48,351 nt of DNA from Patescibacteria group bacterium (GTDB lineage: Bacteria; Patescibacteriota; Patescibacteriia; Patescibacteriales; JBAZCA01), in assembly GCA_041671125.1 (NCBI GenBank), contig JBAZCA010000007.1, forward strand, positions 1 through 48,351. Direction: 5' to 3'. Numbering within the stretch: position 1 is the stretch's first letter; each line of letters starts with the position of its first letter. The translations under genes were made by a program, and so were the position numbers. The notes beneath the pieces were generated by a model that saw only the letters and a list, made by a program, of their open reading frames with translations, did no database searches and had not been told where the DNA came from. Of the stretch, positions 38,486-45,291 are shown piece by piece.

Positions 38486-38522
38486 AATCAGTGAAATCAA
38501 ACTCAATCAGTGTTAATCAGTG
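38486..38522 (-). repeat. Three direct copies of CACTGATT (plus strand AATCAGTG) in the leader of the MBL hydrolase gene
   Basis: The 8-mers start at 38486, 38505 and 38515, spaced 19 and 10 nt apart. Confidence 0.7.
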
Positions 38523-38534
38523 GTTCTGACAATT

Positions 38535-38561
38535 AAAAAATAGGCTTAAATACCTATTTTT
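38535..38561 (-). terminator. AT-rich hairpin after the giant ORF (weak, bidirectional)
   Basis: AAAAATAGG-cttaaata-CCTATTTTT, 49 nt after the stop at 38610. Confidence 0.4.
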
Positions 38562-38589
38562 AATATAGCAGATTGGAGAGGGATGTCAA
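38562..38589 (-). promoter_or_regulatory. candidate sigma70-like promoter downstream of the giant ORF
   Basis: Minus strand reads TTGACA-16 nt-TATATT, abutting the hairpin at 38535-38561. Confidence 0.4.
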
Positions 38590-38609
38590 CGTGAAAAATC
38601 CTTAAAATT

Positions 38610-41600
38610 TTACCAAACACGGGGCTCCGGCGCTCTGGACGATATAGAAGGAGTTGATGGCCTTGGCGCCGGATTTTCGGGAACAGTTTTTGCCGCCACG
38701 GGCGCTTTGCGAAAAATTGATCTCGTTCCAGATTGTCCCTCCGCAATAACAGGTTTATTAATATTTCCACGATTAGCATCTTGCGGACTGCCTCCCATGA
38801 CTTTAATTTTTTCATTTGTCCATTTCATCACTTCGTCTATGTTTGTCGGGTTTAACTTATACGGCCCCTTTTCCCCTAGCCTTCCTTCCAGTTCGCTTTT
38901 ATCAAGAATCCAGCCGGAAGGATGGCGCACGTCAATGCTTTTCGGCCCGAGAACGATCCGCGCGCCTTTATGGTCTACTAATAGAGTTCCATCAACCGAA
39001 GGCGCGACTTTTTCAGGAAGACGATCTAAGCCTAAAAGATCGGCTACGCCCTTTTTTACCTGTCCGTCGGAAAATTTTCCGGCAAAAACCTTGAGATAAG
39101 CTCCGGCTTTGCCTTCAGCTCTAAATATATCTTCGGGCATTTCCCGGTAAGCTTTCAGCGTCGCCGTTTCCCCGAAAGACACTCCGGATTTTTCGGCCAG
39201 TTCGCAATAATTCCTTATCAATCCGGGCTTACTGACCGGGAAGATGTCTTTGTTATCAATCCAAACTTTAAGTCTTAGCCCTTCCGCCTTGCTAAACCCG
39301 TCCCAAATATTTATTCCCGCCCGGTAAAGAGTATCAGGAGTAAACGCGGCCGGATCAACGTCGCTTTTGCCGGCTTTAACTATTTCCTTAATCGCGTCAT
39401 CAATCACGGTTTCCTTCATCTCTACCGACTTATCAAATTCATATTTAACCTGATTGGCGAAATTGCCGACATTCTGATCACCCGCCCTGACAAGTCCTTT
39501 TTCATCCCGGTAAATTTCCATTATCTCGCCGTCTCTGTTTATCACTTGCGCCACATCCGCGTCGCCATCGCCGTTTTGATCTATTATCCTTAACCTAAGG
39601 CCGTATTTATTATCAAAGTCAACTTCTATTTTTCGCGCGCCCTTTCCTTCCGGCCACTGGGGCTTTCTGATCAGTTCCTCAATATCGCCCGGCTTCCCGG
39701 CTTTACCAGCCTGCTCTAAAACATGCGCTCCGGTTTTCCCCCGGCCTGAAGGATGTTCAATTCCGGCGCGGCCAGCCGCTATATCCGTTTCCTTAATACC
39801 CATGGCTCGCTCTCTAGCGCTTAGATGCCTGCCGTCCCCTCTCATCCCGGCGCCGTGCGCTTTCTCATGACCAAAATCTTTTATTTGCTCCGGCTTTATT
39901 TCATCATGCCCGGCAACTTTTTCTTCCAGCCCTTCGGCTTTTACGATTTTTTCCCAGATTCCTTTTTTTATGTTTCCTAAATATTTCCCGGCTCCTTTTT
40001 CCAATTTTCCTTCCTTCCAAAGTTCATCGGCGTGAGCTTCCAGTCTTCCGGCTAAAGCGTTAAATTTTTCATGATTAATAATTTTCAATTCATGAGTCTT
40101 AGGGTTCCAGCTTAAAATTTCTTTCAGATCTTCCGGCTTTATTCCGGCCGTTCCTTTGCCTTCCGCGAGCCGGACGAGATTAGCCGCTATGTTTAGGCTT
40201 TTCGCGCCTTCCTCATCGCCGAAAATATTATCCTGACCGAGGACATTTTTCATATGGTCAACGGCCATCATCTGGAAAGTCCGCTCCAATTCAACCGGGG
40301 TTTTGCCTTTGCCTAAATTCAGGGCAAAATTTTCTTTAAGACCTCTTTTTTCGGGAGTTGGAAGCGGTTCAACTCTTCCGGACGCGCTTTGCGGTTCGGA
40401 GGAAACGTGAGTAACGGGTTCTTGCGTTACAGCGGAAGGAGTAATGGGTTGTTCCGGGCGTTGCGAACTAGCTTCCGGACTTTCCGGCCGCAGTCGCGCC
40501 GCTGGTTCGGTCGGCGCGGCCGGTTTAACCGTTTTAGGCGCGTATATATGACGCTTTATAAACGGCTTTCCCTCGGGCGAAGACGGCCTGATAAACTTAT
40601 CAAATTCATGAAAATACCTGGGTAAATTTTCCCATAATTTCATCGCCGTAAACCCGGCTGTCTCAAGAGCCACTCCCCCGGTTACGGCTCTTCCGGCTGT
40701 GCTTAAATATCGCATTCCCATGGCCAAAGCGTCAACGGTTCCGTATTGGGAAACCATGCGATCCAGATCCTCCAGGTGGCTAGAATATCTGCTTAAAATT
40801 GCTTCTTTGCGTAACTCCTTTTCTTCCGGACTAATATCTTTTTGCTGTTCCACTTTATCCAGTTGGCGAATAATTTTTTCCGCCGACCTTTGCAGGTCCC
40901 AATGCATTAATCTTTGAACGCCGCGCATCACTAATCCGGAAGAATTTTCAGCCAGCGGCTCGCTTTCCAGCCGATCAAGAATATCTTTTGGCATTTCTTT
41001 TTGGTAGGCCTTTTTAAGGTCTTCCAGCGTAACTTCATTTTTTCCGGCTTTGGCTTTATTATATATATTCCAGGCTTCATCCATGGCAAAATCAATATCG
41101 TGAATCCTGGTCTTATCCATTGCTTTCTCGCTGTTTAATTCAGCTTCTTTTATCGCCTCCGCTCCCTGCGCGAAAAACATGCCTCCCATCATTACATATC
41201 TCAAAGGCATGAGGGCGGTGTAACCCGCGACATCGCCGACAACTCTTGCTGTTTTTATAACGTTAGAAGAAACATAACCGGCGTTAGAAACGGACAGTAA
41301 GTTAGACTCTTTTCCCGCGAAAAACCGGCCTCTTCCTTTTAACCCTTTTCCTTTGCGATTTTTCCTTAGCTCGTCCAGAGTTTCCATTTTTCCCCTGGCC
41401 GAATTAGCGTTTTTAGAATAGCTCTCGCCCATGGCATAGAGAAATCTAACCATCTTATTCTCCGAAATTATCTTCTTATCCTCTTTGCCTTTGGATAGTT
41501 TTTTAGCTAATCCCTTTAAACTCTTGGCGAAAAAGTTATCCGTTTTTTCTTCAACGTGAAAACCAAGATTCAATATAGCCCGGCCTACCTTTCTTAATTT

Positions 41601-44600
41601 TTCCGGCTTCATGCCCTTAATTTCTTCTTCAATCTTTTTTTCTTCTTCGATCCGAGCGTCTGTTTCTCCCGCTTCTTTTAATTCATTTTCCAATAATTTA
41701 ATTCTTTCCCTGGTTTCCTGAAGTTGGAGCTGATAATCCGCTAACTCCGCTTCCAATTCTTTTATCTGCCTGTCTATTTCTCTAATATTTTTTTCTTTTC
41801 CAGGAATCTCTTTCTTTTCTTTTTTCTTTCTGGATTTTTTTAATAAATTTATTTCTTCCAATAACGCGACTCTTTCCGCCTTTATATTATTTAAGCTCTT
41901 GCTTAAATTTTCTTCCTTAATCGCTAGCTCGCTTTCCTGTTTTCTCGCTTCTTCCAGTTCGGCTGAAATTTCATCAGCTTCTCTTACTATTTCATCCAGC
42001 CCAATAAGCTCCTCTTCCTTTTCTTTCGATTCTTCCCTCTCTTCGGCCTCGCGCAGTTCTTTATCCAGTTTCCTTATTCTGGCTGTCTGCGCTCTGATTT
42101 GCGCCTCAATATTAAAAACTTCACTCTCTGGGGAGCCATCTATTTTATCAAATAATTCTTTTTCCAAAGCCACGGCCTCGCCGCGTTCTTTCCTGATTCC
42201 TTCAGCAGTCCTTAAAACCGGCGCGTCCGGCTCCCCTTCGCTCGCTGGCGCGACCTCCGATTCCAAGGTTTCTTCCTCAGGTTCTCTGGCAGGCTCTAAT
42301 ACTTCCGATCCGGTCGGCGGCGTTTTTTGCGAAGCTTCCGAGTTCGGCAGTTCCGCGGCCGCGGACTCCCCGGCCTCCGCCTCGTTCACAATCGGCGCCC
42401 TGGAGTTTCTATGCCGTAAAGTTTCCACTATATAGGCAGTGGTTTTCTCCACCAAAAATTTTCTTCTTTCCGCGCCATTCACGCGATAAAAATCCAAAGC
42501 TTCATTAATTATTTCTTCTAGCCTAACCCCGGTTTGCTCTTCATCCGGCAAAAGTAAAAATTTACTGCTCGCCATTTTATCCACATTCATTTCTTCCAAA
42601 TCTCTCCTTATTATTTCGTCCCTTTTGGCAAAAACCTCAGCAGGCGAAATAGGAGCTTGTTCTGCCGCCTCGTCCGCAACAGGCGCTTCACCGGCTAAAC
42701 CCGGAGTGATTAATCCATCCGACGGTTCAGCTCTGCCGGTAGTTTCTACTTTTGCCGCAATCTCTTGAACCCTGGCTCTACTCGCCGCTCTTTTTTCCAG
42801 CTCTTTAACGACTAACTCCTTTACCCTTGCCTGAATAATATCTATATCTTCGGCCGTAATTCCGATCCTTGCCCACTCGGGAACAGAAGACCAATAATAA
42901 CCTGATTTAGTTAAAAAATCATCTATCTCTTCTTTATTAACTTTATCATCTTTCGCCTTTTCTAAAACATAATAATACTGGCTGATATTCGTTCTCACTA
43001 ATAATCGTATTATTTTTTTAACTCTTTCCGCTTTCATCTCGGGCGTTAATTCTTCTAATAAGTTTCTTTCTTCTTCAAACAATTTTACCACTTCCAGCTT
43101 TGCCAATTCTATTTCCGCGTCCGTTACTTTTAAATTTTCAAACTTATTATTATACCTGCCTGTAGTGACGGCAAGATCAGAAATGGCTATTTCTAATTCT
43201 TTCTTTGTTTTAATCTCTGTTCCTATTCCTAAATGTGATTCTTCAAAATTCAATGAAGCGCGCACGCTCCTGGCTAGATCGGCTATTACTTCCCGCCTCG
43301 GCGCTTTCTCTTCCGCTTTGGAGGTAAACGCCGCGATCCTTTGATTAAGATCACTAAGAACAACCGTTTCCGCCCTGGCGGAACCGGCTTCGTTATCAAA
43401 AGATTCTTTAATGGCCGCGACCCCGGCCGCCTCGTTGTAGTCAACAACCTGAAAAATATGTTTCCCGGGCAATTCTTTGCCGTCTCCCAGATACTCGCCA
43501 TATTGATCAGCAAACTCTTCTTGAGATAATAGTTTTACGCCTCTCTCACCGGCCAATCTTTCGGCCGCGTCCATTCTCACGGCTCCTCTTCCTATCCAAT
43601 CTTTCCTGATTCCTTCAGGCGTAATATTATAGACCGTTTCGCTGTAATTTTGATCTTTAAATACCGGAAAAGAGTAATATCCGTCTTCTTTGTGCTGTGA
43701 TTTATATTTTTCCTCATAATAGTAATAAAAACACCGGCCGATTACCATCGTTTCAAATTGACCGCCGCCGTCAAAAGCATTCTCCCAGATCACATATTCC
43801 GTCCCCGGCGGGCCGAATTCTTTTTCAAGGCTTTCAATCATCTCATCATCCTTCTTTTTCGTTTCCGGATCTTTTTGCCGGTCTTCCATAATCTTCTCGC
43901 CGTAATCTTTATGCTTTTTTCTCAGTTCTTCCAGTTCCGGCAACGTGATTTTAGAAGTCCCATATTCACCATCTTTAAATTTGCTTGACTCATTAATAAT
44001 GATAGCCATGCCTGTTTCCGGCTGATATTCAAGTATTTGAATCCAACTTCTATCTTCGTCTTTAATGTTCGCTTCCTGGTCAAAAAGCATATGCCCCATG
44101 GGATGCCTGATTGCGAATTCTTTTAAAGTCGGGAATCTCGACTCTGACTCCGCCTTTTTCTCATCCGTGGCCTTACCTAATAAAGCGCCTTCTTTCGCCG
44201 CTCCCGCTTCCGGCTCAGGCTCAGGATCTTCCGCTGCCTTTTCTCCCTTCTTTTTCTCTATCAAATCCCCGACAAGCTTTTCAAATTCTCTTTTAAACTT
44301 TTCCGCCGCTCTTTTCCGCCCATCGCCTCCGGTATCGCCGCCCGCGAGGTGTCTGGCGATTTCACTAGCAGTTATTAAATGCGCGTCAACCAATTTTCCT
44401 TTATCATCCCTGACATTAATCGCTTGTTCGGCCGCCCAAATATTACTAAAAATTTCTTCCTCGTTCATGCCATCAAATTCGGGTCTCCAGTATTTATCCG
44501 GGTTTCTCCTGAAATCCTGCAATAACACGGCTTTTACCCTTTCCGTTCGGGCGAATGGAAGCGTTGACGCACTTCTCTTCTGATCAATGCCCGACTCCTC

Positions 44601-45077
44601 GCGTGATTCTTCTTTTTCCGCACCCCACGACTTTTTTGAGTTCTCAATCATCTTCTCCTGTTTTTGATAAAAATCATCTAAACTTTTTAATGCTCCTGCG
44701 ATTATTATTTTTAAATCATTAAGCTGCTGATTTTTGTCCTCCCCCGATTCTACTGACTCACTTTCAAGAATCTCCTTCATTTTTTCTAAACGATCATTTA
44801 TGTGTTTCCAATATTTTTGGCTTTCCTTCATCATCTCAATATTAGACTTTTTCACGTCCTCCTCTATTGCTCTTAATTGTTCCTCATTATACCTATCCGA
44901 ATTGCTCAAATTTTCAAAAAATTCTTTTTTCTCTATATATAAATAAATCTGGGCGGTGTCAATCGCATCAAATAAATCACTTATTAAAGTCTGAATTTCT
45001 TCAGAATTAATAGCATCAAGCCGTTTTTCCGTCTCCGGCGTCCAAACCGGTTTTAATTGTTCCTGTTCACTTCCCAT
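38610..45077 (-). CDS. giant 2155-aa protein of unknown function (coiled-coil rich, no recognised catalytic domain)
   Basis: Uninterrupted 6468-nt ORF on the universal coding strand. ATG at 45075-45077 preceded by AGGTGA with a 9-nt spacer, and TAA at 38610-38612. The composition is protein-like throughout. See the findings for the architecture read from the translation. Confidence 0.85.
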   Translation of the reverse strand: MGSEQEQLKPVWTPETEKRLDAINSEEIQTLISDLFDAIDTAQIYLYIEKKEFFENLSNSDRYNEEQLRAIEEDVKKSNIEMMKESQKYWKHINDRLEKMKEILESESVESGEDKNQQLNDLKIIIAGALKSLDDFYQKQEKMIENSKKSWGAEKEESREESGIDQKRSASTLPFARTERVKAVLLQDFRRNPDKYWRPEFDGMNEEEIFSNIWAAEQAINVRDDKGKLVDAHLITASEIARHLAGGDTGGDGRKRAAEKFKREFEKLVGDLIEKKKGEKAAEDPEPEPEAGAAKEGALLGKATDEKKAESESRFPTLKEFAIRHPMGHMLFDQEANIKDEDRSWIQILEYQPETGMAIIINESSKFKDGEYGTSKITLPELEELRKKHKDYGEKIMEDRQKDPETKKKDDEMIESLEKEFGPPGTEYVIWENAFDGGGQFETMVIGRCFYYYYEEKYKSQHKEDGYYSFPVFKDQNYSETVYNITPEGIRKDWIGRGAVRMDAAERLAGERGVKLLSQEEFADQYGEYLGDGKELPGKHIFQVVDYNEAAGVAAIKESFDNEAGSARAETVVLSDLNQRIAAFTSKAEEKAPRREVIADLARSVRASLNFEESHLGIGTEIKTKKELEIAISDLAVTTGRYNNKFENLKVTDAEIELAKLEVVKLFEEERNLLEELTPEMKAERVKKIIRLLVRTNISQYYYVLEKAKDDKVNKEEIDDFLTKSGYYWSSVPEWARIGITAEDIDIIQARVKELVVKELEKRAASRARVQEIAAKVETTGRAEPSDGLITPGLAGEAPVADEAAEQAPISPAEVFAKRDEIIRRDLEEMNVDKMASSKFLLLPDEEQTGVRLEEIINEALDFYRVNGAERRKFLVEKTTAYIVETLRHRNSRAPIVNEAEAGESAAAELPNSEASQKTPPTGSEVLEPAREPEEETLESEVAPASEGEPDAPVLRTAEGIRKERGEAVALEKELFDKIDGSPESEVFNIEAQIRAQTARIRKLDKELREAEEREESKEKEEELIGLDEIVREADEISAELEEARKQESELAIKEENLSKSLNNIKAERVALLEEINLLKKSRKKKEKKEIPGKEKNIREIDRQIKELEAELADYQLQLQETRERIKLLENELKEAGETDARIEEEKKIEEEIKGMKPEKLRKVGRAILNLGFHVEEKTDNFFAKSLKGLAKKLSKGKEDKKIISENKMVRFLYAMGESYSKNANSARGKMETLDELRKNRKGKGLKGRGRFFAGKESNLLSVSNAGYVSSNVIKTARVVGDVAGYTALMPLRYVMMGGMFFAQGAEAIKEAELNSEKAMDKTRIHDIDFAMDEAWNIYNKAKAGKNEVTLEDLKKAYQKEMPKDILDRLESEPLAENSSGLVMRGVQRLMHWDLQRSAEKIIRQLDKVEQQKDISPEEKELRKEAILSRYSSHLEDLDRMVSQYGTVDALAMGMRYLSTAGRAVTGGVALETAGFTAMKLWENLPRYFHEFDKFIRPSSPEGKPFIKRHIYAPKTVKPAAPTEPAARLRPESPEASSQRPEQPITPSAVTQEPVTHVSSEPQSASGRVEPLPTPEKRGLKENFALNLGKGKTPVELERTFQMMAVDHMKNVLGQDNIFGDEEGAKSLNIAANLVRLAEGKGTAGIKPEDLKEILSWNPKTHELKIINHEKFNALAGRLEAHADELWKEGKLEKGAGKYLGNIKKGIWEKIVKAEGLEEKVAGHDEIKPEQIKDFGHEKAHGAGMRGDGRHLSARERAMGIKETDIAAGRAGIEHPSGRGKTGAHVLEQAGKAGKPGDIEELIRKPQWPEGKGARKIEVDFDNKYGLRLRIIDQNGDGDADVAQVINRDGEIMEIYRDEKGLVRAGDQNVGNFANQVKYEFDKSVEMKETVIDDAIKEIVKAGKSDVDPAAFTPDTLYRAGINIWDGFSKAEGLRLKVWIDNKDIFPVSKPGLIRNYCELAEKSGVSFGETATLKAYREMPEDIFRAEGKAGAYLKVFAGKFSDGQVKKGVADLLGLDRLPEKVAPSVDGTLLVDHKGARIVLGPKSIDVRHPSGWILDKSELEGRLGEKGPYKLNPTNIDEVMKWTNEKIKVMGGSPQDANRGNINKPVIAEGQSGTRSIFRKAPVAAKTVPENPAPRPSTPSISSRAPEPRVW

Positions 45078-45261
45078 ATTTAGATTTCACCTGGTTAATC
45101 TTATTAAATCCCCTCAATTTTGCCTTTATCGCCTTATCCCTCTTTTTTATTATCTCATCAATTCTTTTCAAATATTCTAAGTGAGCTTTTTTCAATTCTT
45201 CTGCCAGCCCTAAAAACTCATCCGCTCTTTTTATCTTAATTTTTCTGTTAGTGTCTTTCAT
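45067..45261 (-). CDS. 64-aa basic coiled-coil protein whose stop overlaps the giant ORF start
   Basis: MKDTNRKIKIKRADEFLGLAEELKKAHLEYLKRIDEIIKKRDKAIKAKLRGFNKINQVKSKYGK. It overlaps the giant ORF by 11 nt (AAATATGGGAAGTGA). It starts 30 nt after the ftsK stop and has no obvious SD. Confidence 0.45.
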   Translation of the reverse strand: MKDTNRKIKIKRADEFLGLAEELKKAHLEYLKRIDEIIKKRDKAIKAKLRGFNKINQVKSKYGK

Positions 45262-45291
45262 GCGGCAATTATATTTTTACCCTATTTTTTT

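Noticed and set aside
38461-38500. CTGATGAG ... GAAA as a hammerhead ribozyme core
   Set aside because: The sequence between the two core motifs cannot form stem II, since there is no complementary pairing next to CUGAUGA and GAAA. No stems I or III are evident on either strand.
38546-38815. Minus-strand 89-aa ORF overlapping the 3' end of the giant gene
   Set aside because: It is an alternative frame inside the giant ORF and extends through the downstream promoter and hairpin region. It is judged less likely to be coding than the uninterrupted 6.5-kb frame it overlaps.
39740-39760. GKT-containing segments of the giant protein (SGRGKTG at about residue 1777, LGKGKTP at about residue 1588) as Walker A P-loops
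   Set aside because: Neither fits G-x4-GK[ST], and no Walker B or other NTPase motif follows.
39855-39869. HExxH (HEKAH) motif in the giant protein as evidence for a zinc metalloprotease
   Set aside because: It is a five-residue motif expected by chance in a 2155-aa protein. The surrounding sequence (DFGHEKAHGAGMRGDG) lacks the hydrophobic helix context and any third-ligand motif. The nearby RGD is dismissed likewise.
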